From: Fidelibacterota bacterium
GTDB taxonomy: Bacteria > Fidelibacterota > Marinisomatia > SCGC-AAA003-L08 > JACNLC01
DNA length: 64,000 nucleotides
Reading direction: 5' to 3'
NCBI GenBank assembly: GCA_024277615.1
Contig: JAJRUW010000068.1
Location: 6,047 to 70,046, forward strand
Numbering within the stretch: the first letter of the stretch is position 1; every line of letters begins with the position of its first letter. Below, in pieces: positions 31,946 through 38,943 of the stretch. The notes beneath the pieces are model-generated. The model made no database searches. It saw nothing but the letters and a program-made list of their open reading frames with translations, and was not told the origin of the DNA. The translations under genes and the position numbers were made by a program.

Positions 31946-32018
31946 TGGAGTTGAAGGGGCTTGAACCCTCGACCTCTGCATTGCGAACGCAGCGCTCTCC
32001 CAACTGAGCTACAACCCC
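31946..32018 (-). tRNA. tRNA-Ala (anticodon CGC), CCA not encoded
   Basis: The reverse complement is GGGGTTGTAGCTCAGTTGGGAGAGCGCTGCGTTCGCAATGCAGAGGTCGAGGGTTCAAGCCCCTTCAACTCCA. It folds as a cloverleaf with a 7-bp acceptor stem including the G3:U70 alanine identity pair, anticodon loop TTCGCAA and T-loop GGTTCAAGCC. The 3' flank is CAA, not CCA. Confidence 0.93.
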
Positions 32019-32042
32019 AAATTGGGAAAAATCCAACCTGTA

Positions 32043-32070
32043 AATTTACCCTTGAATCATTTTTTATCAA
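32043..32070 (-). promoter_or_regulatory. Possible sigma70-type promoter for tRNA-Ala/SRP RNA (TTGATA-16 nt-TAAATT)
   Basis: On the minus strand, TTGATA (32065..32070) and TAAATT (32043..32048) are separated by 16 nt, ~25 nt upstream of the tRNA 5' end. This is a motif match only. Confidence 0.25.
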
Positions 32071-32102
32071 AAGTGAATCAACCGGTACAAAAAAACAATT
32101 TT

Positions 32103-32133
32103 GGGAAAAAGAAAACCTGCTCATGCAGGTTTT
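32103..32133 (-). terminator. Rho-independent terminator downstream of the pilin genes
   Basis: The minus strand reads AAAACCTGC-ATGA-GCAGGTTTT followed by CTTTTTCCC. The hairpin arms are at 32112..32120 and 32125..32133. Confidence 0.75.
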
Positions 32134-32167
32134 CAAGATCGGGTGTCTGTTGAGCCGCAACGTCGTG

Positions 32168-32542
32168 TCATTGGGCAATGAGAGTGTATTCATCCTCATT
32201 ACCACCGACGGGAGAGGAGTATATCCAGGTAGAGTTATCACCGTCGTATGTGAGAATACCTGTGTTTTGATCGTAGGTCCAGCCATCAGGTATTTCATCC
32301 AGAATAAGGGGAAAGTCCAGTTGATTCGTCGCCGGATATCTCTTGACACCGTTTGTCACAATCTGGTAGGCCGCATAATTATTTAAGCCCGTTTTGATAT
32401 TCCCAATGATATATGATTTATTTGCTATGTGCGCTGTGGTTGTAAAATCAAAAAATTTCGGAACGGCAACGGCGGCCATTATTCCAATTAATGTAATTAC
32501 AATAGTTAATTCTATCAGCGTAAAACCGTCTTGTTGCTTCAT
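32168..32542 (-). CDS. Type IV pilin-like protein, paralog 1
   Basis: It has the prepilin leader MKQQDG|FTLIELTIVITLIG (G-1, F+1, E+5) and a shared C-terminus DNSTWIYSSPVGGNEDEYTLIAQ. The mature part has no Cys. Confidence 0.85.
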   Translation of the reverse strand: MKQQDGFTLIELTIVITLIGIMAAVAVPKFFDFTTTAHIANKSYIIGNIKTGLNNYAAYQIVTNGVKRYPATNQLDFPLILDEIPDGWTYDQNTGILTYDGDNSTWIYSSPVGGNEDEYTLIAQ

Positions 32543-32775
32543 GATGGCACCTCGTTTATTGTGTATATTCTTATACGTTAACTTTGTCAGTGTTAATCAG
32601 AAAATTAACAGAAAAACCGTAAAGAATATTAAATAATTATTAAACGAGCATCCAAATATTTTTTACAATATGTAAAGGTAAAAGAAGGGGTATCGATATA
32701 ACGATGCGGGTACTTGAGGTATGCCGGTTAGCTTGCAGCCGGAATTGTAATACGGGAATCTGTAACAGCTATTGT

Positions 32776-33198
32776 TTATTGGGCAATTAGCGTATATTTT
32801 GAAGCGTTTCCGCTGACAGGCGAAGTATAAAGCCAGGTTGAATTATCTTCGGAAAATGTGAGTGTGCCGCTGGCTGGTGTGTAGGACCAACCATCCGGAA
32901 CCTCATCAAGGATAGCTTCCAGCCTGAGGTCAATTGTGGCCGGGAAGACCTTTTGATTATTTTGTGCCAGCTGATCAGAGGAATAACTGCTAAGGCCCGA
33001 ACGGATGATGCCGATAATTTTATCTTTGTTCGCCTCCTGAGCAACGGATTTCATGTCAAAGAATTTCGGAACGGCAACTGCTGCAAGGATGCCAATGATC
33101 GCAATGACAATAACCAGTTCTATCATTGTGAATCCCGTCTTCGAATAAGTGCAGGTTTGAGGGATATTTTCGGACAGTAATAATTTTTGTGTTTTCAT
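32776..33198 (-). CDS. Type IV pilin-like protein, paralog 2 (long leader)
   Basis: The leader and cleavage site read ...YSKTG|FTMIELVIVIAIIG. I set the start at ATG 33198 (MKTQKLLL) because the longer ORF-track start would include the 33207..33238 hairpin. The C-terminus is DNSTWLYTSPVSGNASKYTLIAQ. Confidence 0.8.
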   Translation of the reverse strand: MKTQKLLLSENIPQTCTYSKTGFTMIELVIVIAIIGILAAVAVPKFFDMKSVAQEANKDKIIGIIRSGLSSYSSDQLAQNNQKVFPATIDLRLEAILDEVPDGWSYTPASGTLTFSEDNSTWLYTSPVSGNASKYTLIAQ

Positions 33199-33206
33199 GA
33201 TTGTGA

Positions 33207-33238
33207 GAAGTGGGCTGCCTGTTATGACAGCCCACTTC
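33207..33238 (-). terminator. Perfect 11-bp stem-loop after pilin paralog 3 (no U-tract): attenuator or mRNA-stabilising hairpin
   Basis: GAAGTGGGCTG (33207..33217), a 10-nt loop, then CAGCCCACTTC (33228..33238). It lies 41 nt downstream of the pilin-3 stop. Confidence 0.45.
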
Positions 33239-33278
33239 AACATTGTCTGTTATAACAATGAACCGAGTAAGTCAGGAA

Positions 33279-33665
33279 TTATTGTGCCACTAAAGTATAT
33301 TTTGAAGCGTCACCTCCGACCGGTGATGTATAAAGCCAGGTTGAGTTATCACCGCTGTATGTCAAGATCCCGGTTCCCCCAACATAGGACCAACCGTCAG
33401 GCACTTCATCGAGAATGCTCTCAAGTGTCAATGATGCAGTTGCAGGGAAAGTCTTAGTCCCGTTAGTCGCCAACTGATTTGAGGCATAATTATTCAGACC
33501 GGTTTTAATATTTCCAATAACTGCATTTTTATTTGCGTTATGGGCCGTGGTTGTCAGATCAAAGAATTTCGGAACAGCAACCGCAGCCATTATACCGATA
33601 ATGGCAATTACGATGATTAATTCAATAAGCGTGAAACCACTTTGATGTTTATGGTTGTTTTTCAT
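33279..33665 (-). CDS. Type IV pilin, paralog 3 (best candidate major pilin)
   Basis: It has MKNNHKHQSG|FTLIELIIVIAIIG, preceded by AAGGAG. A sigma54-like promoter lies upstream and a strong hairpin downstream. The C-terminus is DNSTWLYTSPVGGDASKYTLVAQ. Confidence 0.85.
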   Translation of the reverse strand: MKNNHKHQSGFTLIELIIVIAIIGIMAAVAVPKFFDLTTTAHNANKNAVIGNIKTGLNNYASNQLATNGTKTFPATASLTLESILDEVPDGWSYVGGTGILTYSGDNSTWLYTSPVGGDASKYTLVAQ

Positions 33666-33733
33666 TATTCTTCTCCTTGGATTATTTTATTATTAAAATT
33701 CTTTTTTCAGTGTACCCGTCTTAAATGTACTTT

Positions 33734-33750
33734 TACAAGAACTGTGCCGG
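33734..33750 (-). promoter_or_regulatory. Candidate sigma54 (-24/-12) promoter upstream of pilin paralog 3
   Basis: The minus strand reads CCGGCACAGTTCTTGTA. GGCAC is at -24 and TTGTA at -12 with canonical spacing, but the -12 GC is GT. It lies ~70 nt upstream of the ATG. Confidence 0.4.
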
Positions 33751-33807
33751 TAATAATAATGTATGCTAATACATTGTATCATAAGATGTTAAGTTCCTTA
33801 CTAAATG

Positions 33808-33833
33808 GAGTGTGTCGCAGAATATGACACCTC
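33808..33833. promoter_or_regulatory. Inverted repeat GTGTC-N9-GACAC (extended GAG..CTC), possible activator binding site
   Basis: GTGTC is at 33812..33816 and GACAC at 33826..33830. The centre lies ~70 nt upstream of the -24 element of the pilin-3 promoter candidate. Confidence 0.3.
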
Positions 33834-33903
33834 TGTAAAAAAAAAGAACAGGCAATGCACAAAATGCAGGGGAAACACGGCCTGATCAGTAATAATTCCC
33901 AAC

Positions 33904-34128
33904 TCACAGATGGATGATAACCGTATAAGTTAAAAATACTGCTAGGGCTACGAGGATAATACCAATGCTGTGCCGGTGCGAATAAATATAGTAATCGGTT
34001 ATTATATCATTTGAAGATGTGTTTTGGTGAATATACTCACCAAGTTTTATTAACGTCTTAGGTGAGAATATCAGCAATATTCCGCTGAGAACTAAAATGC
34101 AGGCAATGGTTGCTAAATATAGTTTCAA
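33904..34128 (-). CDS. Small 2-TM membrane protein, paralog of 37002..37265
   Basis: 74 aa with two hydrophobic helices flanking a polar loop. LIFSPKTLIKLGEY aligns with LFFNSEKLQKICRAY of the other copy. Confidence 0.5.
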   Translation of the reverse strand: MKLYLATIACILVLSGILLIFSPKTLIKLGEYIHQNTSSNDIITDYYIYSHRHSIGIILVALAVFLTYTVIIHL

Positions 34129-34140
34129 GGGTTGTTTCTC

Positions 34141-35451
34141 CTAATATTCTATAATCGACTCGGGCATTAATTGATAACGGATGTCTGATGTGAAGCGGGA
34201 AAAATTATTCTCAAAAAGGACCATACTCCCTTCAGTCAGTTCTGGTTGACGGCCAATTTTTGAAGCAACCAGGCTGCCCTCAAAATGAGCCTGATCCCCC
34301 AATAATTCCAGCCCTTCTGCAGGTGCATATATCCCGCCGAAAACCTTACCGGAAAGGACAATCTTTTTGTTCGGACTTATTAGCTGTCCCCAAATCGTCT
34401 TGTAGTTCCGATCAATGTTGATAGAAGCATGGGAAAAAATCTCATTACGTAAGACGGGTCTCTCTAAAGGTCGTGTGGTCTGTCGGTCGATGCCGAATTG
34501 TGTATTTTTTTTAATTCTGATTATTTTCTTTGAAATAAGTATTATATTGTCACCGAAAATTGTTGGCCTATCATGTTCTCCTTTAAGGGTTAAGCTTCCG
34601 GTAGTAACTAAAAAAGCAGGATCGGCAGTTGATCCGCCATAGACGGAGACTCCCTCAAATTCCGCCTCACCTTTGATGAACAGTGTCTTGTCGGGAAATG
34701 TGCTCAAATCCAGGTTATCATTTTCAAGCTCATAATTTCCCAGAATTTTATTATCCTTCGTACTAGTGATTGTTTCGGCAATATCAATGAGAGAATCTTC
34801 TTGCGAAAAATCGAAGTTAGTCGTCGGAGCAAGATCCACAAGAGTCGTGTTCAGGTGATTACCCTGCCCATTGTCAGCAATTGAAGAAGACGACAGATGA
34901 TAAAAGTCCGCACTCTCAATATTACCGACACATCCATCACAATCGATGGACAGATTATCTTCGAAGAATATATCACCGTCAAATCTAAAATGATTACGGA
35001 AACTAATATTCGCTAACTGTCCATCTGATATTATCGATATCGCGGGCCAGTCCGGGGAGCTTACCATAGTAAACTGAGCCTGCATACGTCTTGAACTTTT
35101 TCCTACGAGCGAAGTACTTTCCAACCGGATGTGATCTGACGGCAAAGCAATTCCAAAACGATCCGTTGTTGAAGATTTGATGGAAATATCCCCTTTAAAA
35201 AATTGCCAACTCCCAATGAGTGATGGCAGGGAGTTTGCCTTAAGCCATTGTTTGGAAAAACAAATCCCTGATTTTGCATTAAGACCGGACTGAATGTCAG
35301 AAATATATTTTTCAGAATCAACGGCAGTTTTTGTGACCGTATTTACAGCACCGGTAATGAGTAATATAATTATCATTGATGAAAAAAGAGAAACCATGGA
35401 GAAAATGAAACCGCTGTTGGCTGCTACAATGGTTTGTCCTTGGCATTTCAT
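34141..35451 (-). CDS. Giant GspK/PilX-like minor pilin with predicted beta-solenoid C-terminal region (paralog B)
   Basis: 436 aa. The N-terminus is ...NSG|FIFSMVSLFSSMIIILLI (a pilin-like hydrophobic helix without E+5). It shares blocks with 35511..36980: TTDRFG, RRMQAQF/RRIQAYF, IDCDGCVGN, EDSLIDIAE, GDNIILIS, PLERP and the C-terminal IIEY/IVEY. Confidence 0.55.
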   Translation of the reverse strand: MKCQGQTIVAANSGFIFSMVSLFSSMIIILLITGAVNTVTKTAVDSEKYISDIQSGLNAKSGICFSKQWLKANSLPSLIGSWQFFKGDISIKSSTTDRFGIALPSDHIRLESTSLVGKSSRRMQAQFTMVSSPDWPAISIISDGQLANISFRNHFRFDGDIFFEDNLSIDCDGCVGNIESADFYHLSSSSIADNGQGNHLNTTLVDLAPTTNFDFSQEDSLIDIAETITSTKDNKILGNYELENDNLDLSTFPDKTLFIKGEAEFEGVSVYGGSTADPAFLVTTGSLTLKGEHDRPTIFGDNIILISKKIIRIKKNTQFGIDRQTTRPLERPVLRNEIFSHASINIDRNYKTIWGQLISPNKKIVLSGKVFGGIYAPAEGLELLGDQAHFEGSLVASKIGRQPELTEGSMVLFENNFSRFTSDIRYQLMPESIIEY

Positions 35452-35510
35452 CTTTAAATTTGTCCGGAACAGGTTTCAGCTCAGATTGGTAAATTCTTTA
35501 ATAGTACAAT

Positions 35511-36980
35511 TTAATATTCAACGATGGTTCCGGGAACGATATCATAGCCAATCGTCGCCAAAAAATAGTTCTGATTTCGGTTTGTAAGGTTCATGCGTCC
35601 ACGTTTTAAATCACCATTTGGTGGTTTCGACAATTCCCGTGTGAACACGGTACCTTCAATATAGCTGTTGTGGTCGTCGAATTCTAACCCCTCACCGGCG
35701 TACACGACACCATAATAAACACCATCTATTTTTACTTTGTGGGTCGGAGAAATTGATTGTGCCCAAACTGTTTTTACATTATGATCGATGGAAATTTCAC
35801 GGTTTGCATATAGTTCATTGACCGTTAGGGGACGTTCCAGGGGATTTATGTCCGAATAATCAATTCCCACCTGGGCTTCTTTTTCAGCTTTTATGTCTTC
35901 ATCTGAAACAAGGATTATATTATCGCCAATGGTGGTACCATTATGATGTTTTTCTTTAATTATTATATCTTTGGTAGCAACAATAAAACATGGTTCGGCG
36001 ATACTGCAATCAAGCACATTACAACCTTTAAGTTCTACTTTTCCTTTTACAAACAGTGTGTTATCCTCATAATCAGTAAGATTAATATCCGAATTTTCAG
36101 GTTTATAATCACCTTTGATCTTATTACCTGTTGTATGAGAAATTGCTTTGGCAATATCTATAAGACTGTCTTCATAAAAGAAATTAGCAGCAGGAATGAA
36201 CATTTCACCCACCGTTTCCCAGGACCATAAATTCCCGGAGCCGTTGTCGGTGATATTATTGCCGTTTCTCCTGTAAAAATATGCACCGGAGTTATTTCCA
36301 ACACAGTTATCACAATCAATATTGACGTCTGTACCAAAATAGACCGTACCGTCAAAGATAAAATCATCTTTCATGACAATGCCGGACTCATGGCCACCCC
36401 CGTGACCACCCCCGTGACCTCCATCGTGACCTCCGCCGTGACCATGCCCGCATCCACCGTCATCGTCATCATCATCATCATCATCATCATCATCGTCGTC
36501 CTCGTCATCATCCCCGTGACCGCCAGCGTTTTTCACTGACTCAACTACGGATATATCAGGCCAGAAATTGTTATTTAACGAGGAAAAATACGCTTGAATT
36601 CGCCGTACGCTGTTCCCGACAGTCGTCGTGCTGATGACACGCACCATCCAGGGCGGTAAGCTGTTTCCAAATCTGTCTTTTGTGGATGTTGTAATTGCAA
36701 TTGTGCTGTTGTGGAAATCCCAATTTCCTTCAACACTAGCCAGATTGTGGGTCTGTATCCACCTTTTGGTGAATTCGATCCCCGAGACGGAGCTGTATTT
36801 TGATTGAGATGAAGAAAGTGACTCTGAAGACAATGTCGTCGAGAGAGAGACCGAATTCATCGACCAGAGAACGATAGACCCCAGAATAAAGGTGACACCA
36901 AGTGACATTATGGAAAAAGCAAATCCGCCCTGGCGATCTGTTCTGCAGTTACTCAAATTTATATTATTCTGCTTTTTCAT
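35511..36980 (-). CDS. Giant GspK/PilX-like minor pilin (paralog A) with poly-Asp / His-Gly insertion
   Basis: 489 aa. The N-terminus is ...RQGG|FAFSIMSLGVTFILGSIVLW (no E+5). The insertion is GGHGDDDEDDDDDDDDDDDDDDGGCGHGHGGGHDGGHGGGHGGGHESG (aa ~153-199). The C-terminal two-thirds is collinear with paralog B. Confidence 0.55.
   Translation of the reverse strand: MKKQNNINLSNCRTDRQGGFAFSIMSLGVTFILGSIVLWSMNSVSLSTTLSSESLSSSQSKYSSVSGIEFTKRWIQTHNLASVEGNWDFHNSTIAITTSTKDRFGNSLPPWMVRVISTTTVGNSVRRIQAYFSSLNNNFWPDISVVESVKNAGGHGDDDEDDDDDDDDDDDDDDGGCGHGHGGGHDGGHGGGHGGGHESGIVMKDDFIFDGTVYFGTDVNIDCDNCVGNNSGAYFYRRNGNNITDNGSGNLWSWETVGEMFIPAANFFYEDSLIDIAKAISHTTGNKIKGDYKPENSDINLTDYEDNTLFVKGKVELKGCNVLDCSIAEPCFIVATKDIIIKEKHHNGTTIGDNIILVSDEDIKAEKEAQVGIDYSDINPLERPLTVNELYANREISIDHNVKTVWAQSISPTHKVKIDGVYYGVVYAGEGLEFDDHNSYIEGTVFTRELSKPPNGDLKRGRMNLTNRNQNYFLATIGYDIVPGTIVEY
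36466..36494 (-). repeat. (GAT)9 trinucleotide microsatellite encoding part of the poly-Asp tract
   Basis: The plus strand reads TCA x9 + TC without interruption (36466..36494). It is flanked by GAC/GAG/GAT codons that extend the acidic run. Confidence 0.9.
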
Positions 36981-37001
36981 TAGAACCTCCGTTTTATTAA
37001 T

Positions 37002-37265
37002 CTAAAGTTGAAGGAAAATTAATAACAGACCTGCTGCTGCGAGAATCCCTCCGAAACTGAAACGGTAAAGAAAGATCGCTTCATCATTCTCATTATATAT
37101 TTTCATGGCAGAAAATTGCAGATGTTTACTGTAGGCTCGGCAAATCTTCTGCAGTTTTTCTGAATTAAAGAAAAGCGCTGCACTAATCGTGAGCAGGGTT
37201 GCTACCAGGGCCAGGATAAAAATTTTATAAATAATCATAAATCCCTTAATTCTCCGGATAAACAT
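37002..37265 (-). CDS. Small 2-TM membrane protein, paralog of 33904..34128 (start may be ATG 37238)
   Basis: It has two hydrophobic helices (IFILALVATLLTISAALFF and FGGILAAAGLLLIFLQL). The ORF-track start overlaps the upstream gene by 20 nt; the internal Met10 removes that overlap. Confidence 0.45.
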   Translation of the reverse strand: MFIRRIKGFMIIYKIFILALVATLLTISAALFFNSEKLQKICRAYSKHLQFSAMKIYNENDEAIFLYRFSFGGILAAAGLLLIFLQL

Positions 37266-37782
37266 CGGCGATAAACCTAACCGACTGGTCTCCCGATTTC
37301 AATAGCAGATTCAAACGTGTACGCCATACATTTGCCAGGGTTTCGGTTAAGTCATCACCCTGATTATAATAATAAAACCCGCTGGAGTCAACCACAACGT
37401 TAGCGGTCACGATCATAGGAGAACCCTCACCGATAATTTGACGGAATAAGCCACCATTACCAAGCGTATATTCAACTGTAAGCGTATCATCCGACGCAAA
37501 TGAGCTTTGTTGATAACTGAATCTGAGAGTAGTATTACCAACAGAAACCAAATCCACCAGGGCTTCATATTCCCGGGTAAACCGTTTTACACTGTTGGAA
37601 CCATCGAGTACAATTTGTTTTCTCGTTTGAATCGTGTTGACAGTATTGGTACTTACCGAAATAATCGAGGCCACTACAACGGAGATGATAGTTACCACCG
37701 CCATACCAATTATCAATTCAATTAGTGTAAACCCTGGCAATCTGGAAAATGAGGAATGTAGTGGCTTTTGCATCATCATCAT
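37246..37782 (-). CDS. Minor pilin / pseudopilin (GspJ/PilW-like)
   Basis: It has the prepilin motif ...SRLPG|FTLIELIIGMAVVTII. 178 aa. The start overlaps the upstream stop (ATGA). Confidence 0.7.
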   Translation of the reverse strand: MMMMQKPLHSSFSRLPGFTLIELIIGMAVVTIISVVVASIISVSTNTVNTIQTRKQIVLDGSNSVKRFTREYEALVDLVSVGNTTLRFSYQQSSFASDDTLTVEYTLGNGGLFRQIIGEGSPMIVTANVVVDSSGFYYYNQGDDLTETLANVWRTRLNLLLKSGDQSVRFIADVYPEN

Positions 37783-38252
37783 GGTGTCATTATAGATGTT
37801 ATATTTACGGGAGCCTGCAATTCCGGGTGTAATACAGTAACGATAATTCTCTTATAATCGGTAACAGTTCCGACACTGTCCAGCAGATTGACATTAGGAT
37901 CAACATAGAATACTCTTGTTTTACCTGTAAAGCCAAAATAGCCCTGGTAGGTAAATGTGTATCCGATGTAATCATCAATATCATCATAATCTGCGGCTGA
38001 ATTTTCTTCCGCACCTAAGGGGTCACTCCAGGGAGACAGTGACTGCTCATCGAAAGAGTGTGCTCTGACGACCTCCATAATATTATTTGCCATAGATGTT
38101 CCGCGTATGATGGCTTCCATCCGGTTCTCCTGAGATTGCAGATTGCGCAGTGTCACCAGAGATGCAATAAAGGCGACACTGAGAAAAATTATCCCGACAA
38201 TAATGTCGAGCAGTGAAAAACCTTGCTGATATTTTCTAATTTGCATAAACAT
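37779..38252 (-). CDS. Minor pilin / pseudopilin (GspI/PilV-like)
   Basis: It has ...KYQQG|FSLLDIIVGIIFLSVAF (D at +5). 157 aa. Confidence 0.65.
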   Translation of the reverse strand: MFMQIRKYQQGFSLLDIIVGIIFLSVAFIASLVTLRNLQSQENRMEAIIRGTSMANNIMEVVRAHSFDEQSLSPWSDPLGAEENSAADYDDIDDYIGYTFTYQGYFGFTGKTRVFYVDPNVNLLDSVGTVTDYKRIIVTVLHPELQAPVNITSIMTP

Positions 38253-38717
38253 AGCCCGTTTCGGCAGTTACGATGATAAACTTGTTGTCGTTCAGGGCAA
38301 TAGTACCCCCTGCCGACGGTGTACCCCACCAATCAAAAATATTTCACTACCGCCGGAAAAATCTACAGCCGTCAAACTGACACCGGGGTATAGATCATCC
38401 AGTAAAAACTCCCCTGGCTCATTTGTTGAAGGATCGAGCATTAGCTGCCTGTTTTGCACATTTGGACCTGAATATATTCCATATTTATTTTGATTTACAT
38501 TTATGACCAACCAGGTTGTATCGTGAACTGAAGCTGCATAATCGGCGATGTACTGAATATCTTCTTTCAACTTCTCACTGGCATTATTAAGACGCAGGTT
38601 TATTATCACAGTATTGACTTTTGAACTAACGATGACGGATAGAATGCCCACGATTGCAATAACCATAATGATTTCAATGACCGAAAAACCGTCCTTTGAC
38701 ATCCCTTTGAAGATCAT
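38236..38717 (-). pseudogene. Minor pilin / pseudopilin (GspH/FimT-like) with apparent 1-nt frameshift at an A5 run (38335..38339)
   Basis: The N-terminus is MSKDG|FSVIEIIMVIAIVG. The ORF-track frame ends in ...SEIFLIGGVHRRQGVLLP*. The adjacent frame continues as FDWWGTPSAGGTIALNDNKFIIVTAETGYVYAN*, with the stop TAG at 38236..38238. That reads like a normal GspH-type C-terminus and overlaps the next gene start. Confidence 0.65.
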
Positions 38718-38808
38718 CGGAGGGGTCAGCCCTGAATTCCTGTTGCGTCTTTTGGGAATGATAATTTCCCATTAGATTGTACGGATTTTTCCATTATGAG
38801 GTTATTTC

Positions 38809-38824
38809 TGCAAAAATCAAACCG
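38809..38824 (-). promoter_or_regulatory. Candidate sigma54 promoter upstream of the minor-pilin operon
   Basis: The minus strand reads CGGTTTGATTTTTGCA: GG-N10-GC spacing with a perfect -12 TTGCA. It is nearly identical to the element at 54142..54158. Confidence 0.45.
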
Positions 38825-38943
38825 TCAATAAAAATTACGGGAAATTGATGATTTTCCGGAATGTGTTGTCTTATGATTGTACAGAATCTGTCTTATAATG
38901 TTACAAGCCCGTACCGACTGAGGCAGACTTATCAGTCAAGTGC

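Noticed and set aside
31891-32386. ORFs 31891..32349 (-) and 31961..32386 (+) spanning the tRNA region.
   Set aside because: They run through tRNA-Ala, a terminator hairpin and the pilin 3' end. They are not credible coding sequence.
36384-36524. The repetitive DNA in the poly-Asp/His-Gly region as a CRISPR-like or other non-coding array.
   Set aside because: It is an in-frame trinucleotide/codon repeat inside a long ORF whose flanks are collinear with a paralog. There is no repeat-spacer architecture.
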